DNA of 55,525 bases from Candidatus Moraniibacteriota bacterium (lineage in GTDB: Bacteria > Patescibacteriota > Minisyncoccia > Moranbacterales > DUUL01), in the NCBI GenBank assembly GCA_041596615.1, contig JBFHIG010000008.1, positions 1 through 55,525 on the forward strand. The letters run 5' to 3'. Under the pieces are notes generated by a model. That model saw only the letters and a list, made by a program, of their open reading frames with translations. It searched no databases and was not told the origin of the DNA. Position numbers and translations under genes: made by a program. Below are positions 38,541 through 47,607 of the stretch, in pieces; within the stretch, counting starts at the first letter, position 1, and each line of letters starts with the position of its first letter.

Positions 38541-38570
38541 TAAGAGAGAAGGCTCTGACCTTCTCTCTTA
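38541..38570. terminator. Intergenic stem-loop (terminator or mRNA stabiliser)
   Basis: 12-bp perfect inverted repeat TAAGAGAGAAGG/CCTTCTCTCTTA. Confidence 0.55.
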
Positions 38571-38582
38571 TATATAAATCAA

Positions 38583-39050
38583 CTATTTCAAGTTCTCACA
38601 ATTTCCATCTCTGTCGCTATCAGTGAAATTTCCTCCCTTGTTTTGTCCTCGATTTTCACCTTGTCCTCGTCCTTCTCCGTTTCCTTTACCATAACCCTCT
38701 CGCATTCTCTCACCATCGCTGGTTCTAAGACCCAGTTCTTTTCTAATCTCATCAGCTTTTTCAGTCTCTCCTGCTTCTCCTAGTTTATGAGCCTCAGCAA
38801 AGCGAGAGAAATTTTCTTCAGTCACAACGTCGGAAACTCTTCCTTGTCCGCTTGTTTGCTCTTTCCAGGCATTATAATCATTCTCTTCAAAAGCATTTTC
38901 CATAACTTCGTGCCTCTGCTCTGAATAATTAGGACCTTTTTCTGAAACGTCCCCACGATAAGCGAATGTATCATTTATTCCAACAGCTGCCATTGCAGCA
39001 ACTACTGCTAAACCAAAGATCGATGATATGATTATTTTTTTGTTATTCAT
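38583..39050 (-). CDS. Secreted protein with Gly-rich tail and DxDxDGxC motif
   Basis: Signal peptide ending TFA, GRGQG repeats, FTDSDRDGNCEN C-terminus. Confidence 0.7.
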   Translation of the reverse strand: MNNKKIIISSIFGLAVVAAMAAVGINDTFAYRGDVSEKGPNYSEQRHEVMENAFEENDYNAWKEQTSGQGRVSDVVTEENFSRFAEAHKLGEAGETEKADEIRKELGLRTSDGERMREGYGKGNGEGRGQGENRGQNKGGNFTDSDRDGNCENLK

Positions 39051-39130
39051 TTTTTTACATTAATTGATTATTTTAAAAAAGATGCTTTTGGTTTCCGCGG
39101 AAAAACCACTGAGCGTCCTTTCACTGAGTA

Positions 39131-39158
39131 TAACGAATCTCCCTGGTAAAAGTTTTCA
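39131..39158 (-). promoter_or_regulatory. Putative ECF sigma promoter (SigW-type)
   Basis: Minus strand TGAAAAC-N16-CGTTA upstream of the gene run that contains the ECF sigma. Confidence 0.65.
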
Positions 39159-39202
39159 TTATTATAACTTTAATTTTTCCAAATAAGTGTTAGACTAAAA
39201 GT

Positions 39203-39925
39203 ATGAGACATTTTATTATTACAATAACTATTCTTTTAACTTTTTTAGGTCTGTTGTTATTTTTTTCGACAACCAATTTTTTATCTAAAGATTCTACTCC
39301 TCCTCAAAAAGAAGCTTCTATCAATAATCAAGATATCACGGAAGAATCTGCCAATTCAACCTTAAAGGAAGAAATAATCCCCGTTGCTGATTCTATTACA
39401 TCAAATACATTTCAAGAAAAAACAAAGTTTGCACCACCTCTGGACAGAGCTAATGAGAGAATTACTAAAAAAAAGTTTGGACAATTCATTACACCCCAGA
39501 ATTCACCTGTACAGCCTGAAAAATTTTTCGGATACCATACGGGAACTGATTTCGAAATATTTCCAGAAGAGTTAAACACTGAAGTTTCTGTCTATGCTGT
39601 CTGCAACGGTAAGGTAAGAGAAAAAAGATATGCAACTGGTTATGGTGGTCTTCTTATTCAAAATTGCGAACTAGATTCTGGTCCAGTTACTATTGTCTAT
39701 GGACATTTGAAATTAGCTAGTATTAATAAAGTTCCAGGAGAGACTTTGGGGGTCGGGGAATTAATTGGAATTTTAGGAACAAACAAAAGCACTGAGACCA
39801 GTGGTGAAAGAAAGCATTTGCACCTAGGAGTTCACAAGGGCACTGCTATAAATGTTTTGGGTTACGTACAAACAGAAGAGAACCTCTCTGGTTGGGCCAA
39901 CCCTTGTTTATATTTTTGCAAATAG
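39203..39925 (+). CDS. M23 family peptidase
   Basis: N-terminal TM, YHTGTD, YGHL, HLHLG motifs. Confidence 0.85.
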   Translation: MRHFIITITILLTFLGLLLFFSTTNFLSKDSTPPQKEASINNQDITEESANSTLKEEIIPVADSITSNTFQEKTKFAPPLDRANERITKKKFGQFITPQNSPVQPEKFFGYHTGTDFEIFPEELNTEVSVYAVCNGKVREKRYATGYGGLLIQNCELDSGPVTIVYGHLKLASINKVPGETLGVGELIGILGTNKSTETSGERKHLHLGVHKGTAINVLGYVQTEENLSGWANPCLYFCK

Positions 39926-40066
39926 TCTAAACTAATTATAAAAAATATGCTTTTTTTTTGCTTGCTTAATATTTACTATACACAAAAGTTACTAAGGATA
40001 TCTCCTTTTTCTTATAAATACCATAAGATTTTAGCAACAACTGCTTCCGAAAAAGTACTATTTTTT

Positions 40067-41902
40067 TTATTCTGTGGTTTCAATATACCTTTTGATATCA
40101 GCTGAGCAGTCAAGGTCACAAGGTTTAGTTGTTGCGCCTATGCCACTGCAACCATTGTTACATGAACCCGTTTCGACTCCTGTTGTCCCAAGAGAGCAAT
40201 CTCCATTACATACGCCACTCCAGACAATGGGGCTTGTCGCACAATTAGTGTCTGGGGTGCAAACTGAATTTATGTTCACAGATTTAATGCCAGTGCTTAC
40301 TCCTGCTGAATTCCAGCACTCTAATTCATAAGTTTTATCACTTGTAATATTATATTGGACTTCATTTCCTCCAGTATTTGCTTTCCATCCAGTCCAGTCT
40401 CCACTTGCCCAACAAGAACTCGCATTAGTAGTTGACCAGATTAAATCAGATGACCCATTATAAGTAACGGCGGTTGGATTGGCATGAAAATTCAAACTTG
40501 GCAATGTATCCGGGGCTTTAGTAAACTTTACGCATACAGGTATAACTGAATTATCTGTGTACGGAGCAACTCCTCCGTGACGCAGTTTCACTTTAACAGC
40601 ATCTTTCGAAAGAATTACTGGTCCGAAAGAATCTATTTTTGTGTCTTGAACTATAAAATCAGCAATATCTGTCGTAGGGCCAACCGTAGCTAATTTAAGG
40701 CCATTCGAATCAATAAAATCGACATTGAATATTTCAGCAGACTGCGATGGCGTAAATGGTCTGACGCTGTATCCATCCCAAGACATAGTCTCAACAGAAT
40801 AACTACCTGCTAAAAGATTTATGTCTCTAAAAAATTCTGGTGTAATTGAATTTAATCTGCTAGTGATTGGATTGGAACGCTCCAATCCTCCATTTATATC
40901 AAGAATTTGCGAGCCAGGCTCATTTAAAAATGAACACAATGGGACTAAAGGCTCTGGCTTTTTAGTAATTTTTATACACACGGGAGTCACCGAGTCACCG
41001 CCTAAGGGATAGCTAGAACTAAATATTCTCAAAGCATTGCTATCACCAGAAAGCACAATCGATCCGAAAAAATCCGTCTTTGTATCTTGGACTACAAAAT
41101 CAACAATGTCTGTTGTAGGTCCAACCGTGGCTAATTTATTACCACTTACATCAAGAAAATCAATTTTCCATTGCTCAGCAAGCTGTTCTGAACTAAGGGG
41201 TCTGCTAAGATAACCATCCCAAGACATGGTCTCCACATCATAAACCCCTGCTGGAACATTCACACTCTCGAAAAACTCCTTTTTTGCGGAACCCCACAAG
41301 GAGCGCTGTGTTGGATCTCCATCACTTAATCCACCATTAATATCAAAAATTTGTGAGTCAGGGGTGTTTGAGAATGCGCACACCGGAACCGAAGGCTCTA
41401 CTACCGGAGTGCAAGCTCGTGATGATGGCGCTTTATCAACACAGCTCTCCCCCGCTACAGTTGCATAATTATAGCTAGTTGCATACTGAATACCACTTGA
41501 GTTACAAGCTCCCCACGTTGCAACACTGGTGGTGTATGTGCAACTAGATACTTTTGTTTTATTAATAATATGTCCACATGAAGCTATAAGTGAATTATTT
41601 TTGGTGCAGGAAATATTTGCTGTTCCTTGACTAACACCATCAATAAAAACTGTTTCCGCATAATATCCCTTACTGTTGGGACAATGACCAAGTCCGGGTA
41701 TCAATGACCCCGTCACGGGCTGATCGCAGAATAATCCAGCCGTCGAACTTGGAACAGCAAAGCCGACACCCACAGTTATTGTAAGAGTGCTTGTCGTCAC
41801 AAGAGAACTAGTAACAGTTGTTGCGCTTGCAGTATTATAAATACCACTCAAGATGAAAAAGCTTGCAAATAGCAGTAACCCTGTTTTGTTTTTTTTGTTC
41901 AT
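40067..41902 (-). CDS. Secreted Cys/Ser/Thr-rich surface protein with two internal repeats
   Basis: Signal peptide; two ~147-aa repeats (SQIxDINGGL, VETMSWDGY, KLATVGPTTDI); WSTTNASSC module. Confidence 0.75.
   Translation of the reverse strand: MNKKNKTGLLLFASFFILSGIYNTASATTVTSSLVTTSTLTITVGVGFAVPSSTAGLFCDQPVTGSLIPGLGHCPNSKGYYAETVFIDGVSQGTANISCTKNNSLIASCGHIINKTKVSSCTYTTSVATWGACNSSGIQYATSYNYATVAGESCVDKAPSSRACTPVVEPSVPVCAFSNTPDSQIFDINGGLSDGDPTQRSLWGSAKKEFFESVNVPAGVYDVETMSWDGYLSRPLSSEQLAEQWKIDFLDVSGNKLATVGPTTDIVDFVVQDTKTDFFGSIVLSGDSNALRIFSSSYPLGGDSVTPVCIKITKKPEPLVPLCSFLNEPGSQILDINGGLERSNPITSRLNSITPEFFRDINLLAGSYSVETMSWDGYSVRPFTPSQSAEIFNVDFIDSNGLKLATVGPTTDIADFIVQDTKIDSFGPVILSKDAVKVKLRHGGVAPYTDNSVIPVCVKFTKAPDTLPSLNFHANPTAVTYNGSSDLIWSTTNASSCWASGDWTGWKANTGGNEVQYNITSDKTYELECWNSAGVSTGIKSVNINSVCTPDTNCATSPIVWSGVCNGDCSLGTTGVETGSCNNGCSGIGATTKPCDLDCSADIKRYIETTE
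40505..41386 (-). repeat. Intragenic tandem domain duplication (about 440-bp units)
   Basis: Shared blocks such as CCATCCCAAGACAT in both units and matching peptide motifs. Confidence 0.75.
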
Positions 41903-41911
41903 AGTTTTTTA

Positions 41912-42850
41912 TTATAAAGAATCTATAACTTTTTTTGCCTCAGATTGCAAACCTTTGTCACTATTTCCGTTTATTATACTATTGCATTTTTCGGTTGCTT
42001 TTTCAAAATCAGAAGTCTCTGCATACAGCCTACAAAGATTGATGTCAATTATACTTTCTGTATATATCCTTTCACTATCTAGCTTAGCAGCCCTTTCTAG
42101 GTCAGATAAAGCCTCTTTATTCATTTTCAATAAATAAAGCACGCCGCTTCTGCCTACAAGAGCCTCCAGATTATCTTGATCTAATTCGAGTCCCTTAGTA
42201 TAAGCAACAAGAGCTTCTTCGTATTGCTTGTTTATACTATATATATACCCTTGAGCTATATAGACATTCGCATTTTTTGGCTCAAGTTCCTTTGCTTCAT
42301 TAAGGATTGCTATTGACTTATCAATCTCGAATTCCGATGCCTGTTGTTTTTCACTATTAAGGCCTGAAAAGACATACGCCTTGGCTAGATTTATCAGATT
42401 ATCAATGTCCTTTGGACTCTCTTCTCTTGTCCTTTCCAAATATGCTACTGAAATATTTTCCTCTGGATTACCTTTTGGCACTTCCACACTCTTAAGATAC
42501 GCAATCTTATTTTCAACAGCTAAACTACAAGAATCTTTACTAGTATCGTTTTCGATATAATCACACAAACTTTTATCAGAATTAGTAACGGCTTTTTTAT
42601 ATAAACTTCTCTCTTTAACTAAATCAATGCAGGCTTTTTTTAATTTTTCTTCCTTTATGCACTCACAACCAACCTCCTTTGTGTCTTCAGCTATTTTTTT
42701 ATAAATATCTTCATCAGAAGCATTTAAACACAATGTTTTATTTGTACTATTTTTATGTCCTGGTTGAATAATAAACAAGTAAACAGCTAAAAAAATTGAA
42801 ACCGAAAAAACACTTACTAACGCAATGGTTATTTTTTTATCTTGCATCAT
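41912..42850 (-). CDS. Membrane-anchored TPR protein with Cys-rich N-terminal region
   Basis: TM helix, C-x2-I...C repeats, TPR motifs (YEEALVAYTKGLELD); ATG at 42850 preferred. Confidence 0.75.
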   Translation of the reverse strand: MMQDKKITIALVSVFSVSIFLAVYLFIIQPGHKNSTNKTLCLNASDEDIYKKIAEDTKEVGCECIKEEKLKKACIDLVKERSLYKKAVTNSDKSLCDYIENDTSKDSCSLAVENKIAYLKSVEVPKGNPEENISVAYLERTREESPKDIDNLINLAKAYVFSGLNSEKQQASEFEIDKSIAILNEAKELEPKNANVYIAQGYIYSINKQYEEALVAYTKGLELDQDNLEALVGRSGVLYLLKMNKEALSDLERAAKLDSERIYTESIIDINLCRLYAETSDFEKATEKCNSIINGNSDKGLQSEAKKVIDSL

Positions 42851-42966
42851 TTTTTTTATTTTTATTTTTTGATTTACTCTGTTTACTATATATAATAACA
42901 TCTATACATAAAAAAACAAAATGTGCTATTATACATAACACATACATGCTCTAAATTAAAATAAAA

Positions 42967-43665
42967 ATGCAAAAACAAAGCACTGCCAACTATAGAACCC
43001 ATACATTAATTATTTCCGATTTACATCTTGGCTCCAAAGTAAGTCGCAGCAAAAGGGCTGTGACATTTTTAAAAAACTTTCAATTTAAGAAGTTGATTTT
43101 ACTTGGAGATATTTTTGAGAAACTTGATTTTACCCACCTTCAAGAAAGCGATTGGGAGTTTCTTTCACTGCTTGGGAAACTTTCTAAAACCAAAAAAATA
43201 ATTTGGGTGGAAGGGAATCATGATCAAGGAATCGCAAAAATTTTTATAGGCCCAAGCAAAGTTAGGGTAAAAAAATCATACTCCTGGCAATACCAAAATA
43301 AAAAATACTTAGCAATGCATGGACATCAATTCGACAATTTCTTGGTCGAAAATGCATTTCTTGGTTTCATTGCCAACCAGCTATACAATGCCATACAAAT
43401 TGTTGACTTTAGAGATAAAAGAATCAGCCGTTTTATCAAAGGAACCAGTAAGGGTTGGCTTCGACTTTCAAAAAAAGTAGCCCAGCGAGCTCTTCTTTAT
43501 GGGAAACTTCAAGGTGTGGATTATATTTTTTGTGGTCATACGCACAAAACCTCCCAAAAGAAATCTGGCAAAACCCGTTATTATAATTGTGGTTGTTGGA
43601 CTGATGTGCCTTCTGGATACATAACTATCGATAAAAACAACATAAGGATCAATAAATATTTTTAA
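42967..43665 (+). CDS. Calcineurin-like metallophosphoesterase (LpxH/YbbF-like)
   Basis: SDLHLG, LLGD, GNHD, HGH, GHTH, NCGCW motifs. Confidence 0.85.
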   Translation: MQKQSTANYRTHTLIISDLHLGSKVSRSKRAVTFLKNFQFKKLILLGDIFEKLDFTHLQESDWEFLSLLGKLSKTKKIIWVEGNHDQGIAKIFIGPSKVRVKKSYSWQYQNKKYLAMHGHQFDNFLVENAFLGFIANQLYNAIQIVDFRDKRISRFIKGTSKGWLRLSKKVAQRALLYGKLQGVDYIFCGHTHKTSQKKSGKTRYYNCGCWTDVPSGYITIDKNNIRINKYF

Positions 43666-43712
43666 TTGATAAATTGCTTTTCATAATCTTGTAACTTTGC
43701 TATAGTTCCGGT

Positions 43713-44816
43713 ATGAAAAAAATTTCAATGCCAATAGATGTGTTCGGTTGGAAAAGTTATTCCAAAAACTTTCCAGAGCTTCCAAGCCCTAACACGGATA
43801 AGTTGGCCCGCGTAACAATCGAAAATAAGTCTGTATATACACTTCAAGCAAATATTGGACAGCTTGAGGGTTTTTTAAGCGGAAAATCTCTTTATAGAAA
43901 TGAAAGCTCTGCTGATTCACCAAAAGTCGGAGACTGGGTAGAAATTGAAAAATTGCCAAATGAAAAACGAGCTGTTATACAAAAAATTCTCCCTCGCAAA
44001 TCTAAACTTTCACGAAAAGAAAAAATGGAATCTGTGAATGAGCAGGTGTTGGTCACAAATATCGACCTTGTCTTTATTGTTCAGGGACTAGATGATGATT
44101 TTAGTCTACGAAGACTGGAACGTTACCAGGCAATTGTAAGAGAAGGAGGAAGTGATTCTATTATTCTTTTAAACAAGAAAGATCTGGTTACTGATCTAGA
44201 TAGTTATTTAGAAAAAGTAAAAAAAACTTTCCCTGAAACGAAAATTCTAGCGATTAGTGCAGAAAATGAGGATGGTATTAATGAAGTACAAGAAAATATC
44301 TCTCCATTTAAAACTGTTGTCTTTACGGGATCTTCAGGAGCTGGCAAATCAACAATTATTAACAAGCTTTTATCTAATGAAATCCAAAAAACAAAATCTG
44401 TAAGAAAAGATGATTCAAGAGGCAGGCACACCACTACACGTCGTGAGTTATTTATTTTACCTAATGGCGGAATTGTTATTGATATCCCAGGAATGAGAGA
44501 AATTGGTGTTAACATAAGCGATTCACTGGAAACTTCCTTCTTGGACATCAAACTTTTAATGAAGGGCTGTAAGTTCAATAAATGCGACCACAATAAAACC
44601 GAGGGTTGTGCAGTAATAAAAGCTATCGAAAGTGGTAAGTTAGATGAAAAACGCTACCTAAATTTTCTCAAACTAGAGACCGAGCTACTAAAGAATGCTC
44701 GAAGAAAAAACATCTTACAATCCAAAGAAAGAAAATATAAGAAAAGAGCTATTTCAAAAAATATCCGCAAGCTTAAAAAACACAAACCTAATTATTCCGA
44801 CTTTAATTTGCAGTAA
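43713..44816 (+). CDS. rsgA: Ribosome small subunit-dependent GTPase A
   Basis: VGDWV OB fold, NKKD, GSSGAGKST, GRHTTT, DIPGMRE, CKFNKCDH...GC zinc finger. Confidence 0.95.
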   Translation: MKKISMPIDVFGWKSYSKNFPELPSPNTDKLARVTIENKSVYTLQANIGQLEGFLSGKSLYRNESSADSPKVGDWVEIEKLPNEKRAVIQKILPRKSKLSRKEKMESVNEQVLVTNIDLVFIVQGLDDDFSLRRLERYQAIVREGGSDSIILLNKKDLVTDLDSYLEKVKKTFPETKILAISAENEDGINEVQENISPFKTVVFTGSSGAGKSTIINKLLSNEIQKTKSVRKDDSRGRHTTTRRELFILPNGGIVIDIPGMREIGVNISDSLETSFLDIKLLMKGCKFNKCDHNKTEGCAVIKAIESGKLDEKRYLNFLKLETELLKNARRKNILQSKERKYKKRAISKNIRKLKKHKPNYSDFNLQ

Positions 44817-44960
44817 TTTCTTTTTAAATATTCTAAAAATCATAATAATTCTGTTTTTTGAAGAAATTGGACTAGTTCCATTTATTAACATTTTTGTTAT
44901 AATATAACTAGCTAAAGCATGTTTTAAAAATAGCTAGTTAATTATTAAATTCAACAAGAA

Positions 44961-45533
44961 ATGCAAAAAACACTTATCAATCTTTCCAAGGCTTTTGTTG
45001 GTGAAAGTCAGGCGAGAAATAGATATACTATGTATGCTGGAATTGCTAAAAAAGAGGGTCTTGAAGAAGTTGCTGCAAATTTTGAAATAACCGCCTTACA
45101 AGAAGCAGAGCATGCAAAGTGGTTGATGCGCATGATAAATGAATTAAAAAGTGATAACTCAGATTTCAATATAATGACAATTGAAAATGAGGTCTCCACT
45201 GTACTTGGAGACACAAAAACCAATTTAAACGCTGCAATTGTAGGAGAAAATTATGAATACGAATCAATGTATCCTGAGTTTGCAGATATAGCAGATGAAG
45301 AAAAGCTAAATAAAATTGCAACTCGACTTCGCTCAATCGCCATGGCTGAAAAAAATCACGAAGATAGATACAAAAAACTCCTACAAAATCTTGAACAAGA
45401 AACTGTTTTTGAAAAAAGTACTGAAGTAATCTGGCAATGCAGGAAATGTGGCTACTCGGAGGTTAATAAAAGTGCCCCTGCTGTTTGCCCTTCTTGCAGT
45501 CATCCCCGAGCTTATTTTGAAGTTAAAAAATAA
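44961..45533 (+). CDS. rbr: Rubrerythrin
   Basis: AFVGESQARNRY, EAEH, GENYE, EKNH diiron ligands; CRKC...CPSC rubredoxin domain. Confidence 0.95.
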   Translation: MQKTLINLSKAFVGESQARNRYTMYAGIAKKEGLEEVAANFEITALQEAEHAKWLMRMINELKSDNSDFNIMTIENEVSTVLGDTKTNLNAAIVGENYEYESMYPEFADIADEEKLNKIATRLRSIAMAEKNHEDRYKKLLQNLEQETVFEKSTEVIWQCRKCGYSEVNKSAPAVCPSCSHPRAYFEVKK

Positions 45534-45542
45534 ATCAAATAT

Positions 45543-45935
45543 ATGACAGAAATAAATCAAATTTATAAATGTGAACTTTGTGGAAATGTTATTGAAGTCC
45601 TGCACACAGGGGCAGGTGAGCTGGTTTGTTGCGGAGCTCCTATGATTCTGCAAGAAGAAAAAACAATGGAAGAGGGAAATGAAAAACACCTACCAGTAGT
45701 TGAAATTTTAACAGTAGGAAGCGGAGTTAAAATTAAAGTTGGCGAAGTACCTCACCCAATGGAGGAGTCTCATTATATCGAATGGATTGAAATCAAAACA
45801 GAAAATGGAAAAGTTAATAAGAAATTTTTAAAACCAGGACATCTTGCAGAGGCAGACTTTAATACAAAAGAACGTGTAATAGAAGTTCGTGAATATTGTA
45901 ATATTCACGGTCTTTGGAAAAAAATTGTTAATTAA
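45543..45935 (+). CDS. dfx: Desulfoferrodoxin (2Fe superoxide reductase)
   Basis: CELCG...CCG, EKHLP, HPM...HYIEWI, CNIHGLW. Confidence 0.95.
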   Translation: MTEINQIYKCELCGNVIEVLHTGAGELVCCGAPMILQEEKTMEEGNEKHLPVVEILTVGSGVKIKVGEVPHPMEESHYIEWIEIKTENGKVNKKFLKPGHLAEADFNTKERVIEVREYCNIHGLWKKIVN

Positions 45936-45951
45936 AAGACTTTTTTAAGAT

Positions 45952-45995
45952 AAAGATAAACTAAAACCACCGCAAGGTGGTTTTAGTTTATCTTT
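45952..45995. terminator. Bidirectional terminator
   Basis: 20-bp perfect stem with GCAA tetraloop. Confidence 0.85.
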
Positions 45996-46053
45996 TCTTT
46001 ATACTGCTGCTTGATGAAAAATGGGCTAAATTAAAATATTCAGCTATCTATTA

Positions 46054-46839
46054 TCACTTCACATTCCCTCTTGAGTTAATTTCTCTATTCATTTCATCTT
46101 TTGGTGGTGGCATCCTTTCATCATTAGGCCTTCTGTTTTCTGGCCTCTTTAATCTTTTGATGCCATCTGCAGAAAAGTTATTGCCCTCGCTTTTTTTGCC
46201 TAATATTATAACTTTTGCTCCTACTACCAAATCAACATCTCGATCTATTTTTGTTTTTTCAAAATATTCCACTACCCAATTTTCTTGTAGCGGATCTTTA
46301 ATTAAAATCGTTTTTTCCCCCAGCTGAATCACCGTTCCCACTAAAACCCCTTCTTCTGGCATAAACAGCCTCCCTTCCTTTTTCAGCCTCATCATGGCAG
46401 GGTTAGGTCCTTCTCCTAAAAGTCCACTTTCAAATCTTTCATTCATCCTAGAAAGATGAGCCGAGACACCCAAAAAAGAAGCTACCAGCAAGATCATGCT
46501 CACTATGAACAACAAATTATACCTATAACCAGTTCTAGTTCTTTGAAAGATTAGAATTCCAGAAACAACACAAACAATAAATGCAAAGATCCAGAGATAA
46601 GGGGCCGCAGAAAGTAGAATATGAAAAAATTCTCTAAACTCAAAGAAATTATAAGTTTCTGGGCCAAAAAAAGTAAGATCCAATATGACCATAGAGAGAA
46701 AAGCTCCTGATAATAAAACCATCGTACCTAAAATTAACCAGTATAGGTTGTTTTTTAAATTTATTTTCCACTTTTGCGTTGGCTTTATTTTATTTTCTTT
46801 TATTTTCTCTATAATTCCTTTGGAAAAATCTTTTTTCAT
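46054..46839 (-). CDS. Putative anti-sigma membrane protein (paralog of 35778-36506)
   Basis: Same layout: IEKIK..KI.P..KW, PxLW, TxxGYxY, PExGxLxG, OB-like tail; follows an ECF sigma. Confidence 0.6.
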   Translation of the reverse strand: MKKDFSKGIIEKIKENKIKPTQKWKINLKNNLYWLILGTMVLLSGAFLSMVILDLTFFGPETYNFFEFREFFHILLSAAPYLWIFAFIVCVVSGILIFQRTRTGYRYNLLFIVSMILLVASFLGVSAHLSRMNERFESGLLGEGPNPAMMRLKKEGRLFMPEEGVLVGTVIQLGEKTILIKDPLQENWVVEYFEKTKIDRDVDLVVGAKVIILGKKSEGNNFSADGIKRLKRPENRRPNDERMPPPKDEMNREINSRGNVK

Positions 46840-46848
46840 AATATACTT

Positions 46849-47427
46849 TTATTTAAACTTTAATTCTTCTTCTGCCATCTCTTCTGCAATCATTTTCCTC
46901 CCTCGGCTGATAAGAGTTGCTATCGTTCCTTTCGGTTTTTTGATGATATCCATAATTTCTTCGTAACTTTTTTCCTCGATAAATTTTAAAATAAAAACCT
47001 CCTTATACTTAATTGGCATATCCTCAATAATTTTCTTAATTTTGCTTATATCGTCAGCGACTATTTTTTCTTTTTCCAAATCAACTCCCGAACGAAAAAT
47101 TTTCAAAATCTCCTCTTCTTCTAACCTAGCAGACTGGGGCCTTGTGTGCTTTCTGCGGATTGCATCAAATGTTGTGTTCCTGGTAATTCTGTATATCCAA
47201 GTAGAGAACTCAAAAGAGTTATCAAAAGCATTTAAGCTTTTGTACACTTTAATAAAAGCCTCCTGCACAATATCTTCTATGTCTTCTTGTGAAAAATATG
47301 AAATTCTTCTAACAAAAGAAAAGAGTTTTCTTTCATATCGAACAACTAATTCTTCAAAAAAATCTGGGTTTTCCTTTGATAACTCCACTAATTCACTATC
47401 AGACTTACCCTTGTGTAATTCCTTCAT
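46849..47427 (-). CDS. ECF RNA polymerase sigma factor (paralog of 36527-37117)
   Basis: RISYFS.EDIEDI.QE, FSTWIYR, EEKSYEEIMDIIKKPKGTIATLISRGR. Confidence 0.93.
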   Translation of the reverse strand: MKELHKGKSDSELVELSKENPDFFEELVVRYERKLFSFVRRISYFSQEDIEDIVQEAFIKVYKSLNAFDNSFEFSTWIYRITRNTTFDAIRRKHTRPQSARLEEEEILKIFRSGVDLEKEKIVADDISKIKKIIEDMPIKYKEVFILKFIEEKSYEEIMDIIKKPKGTIATLISRGRKMIAEEMAEEELKFK

Positions 47428-47607
47428 TAAATCATTTTCCTTATTAGCTTTTAAGTGTATACGAATTTTAACATCTTTGTTTGCGTTTTAAAAATTATTT
47501 TTCAAAATTTAAGTTAAAGATAAAGAAATATTTATAACTAATTTTCTTTTATTTTCATTTGTTTTTGTGCTAAAGTAAATTAAGATAAAAACAGCTAACA
47601 AATAAAT

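Noticed and set aside
42967-43665. Evidence for lipid A synthesis (lpxH)
   Set aside because: The motifs are generic for metallophosphoesterases and no other lpx genes are present in the window
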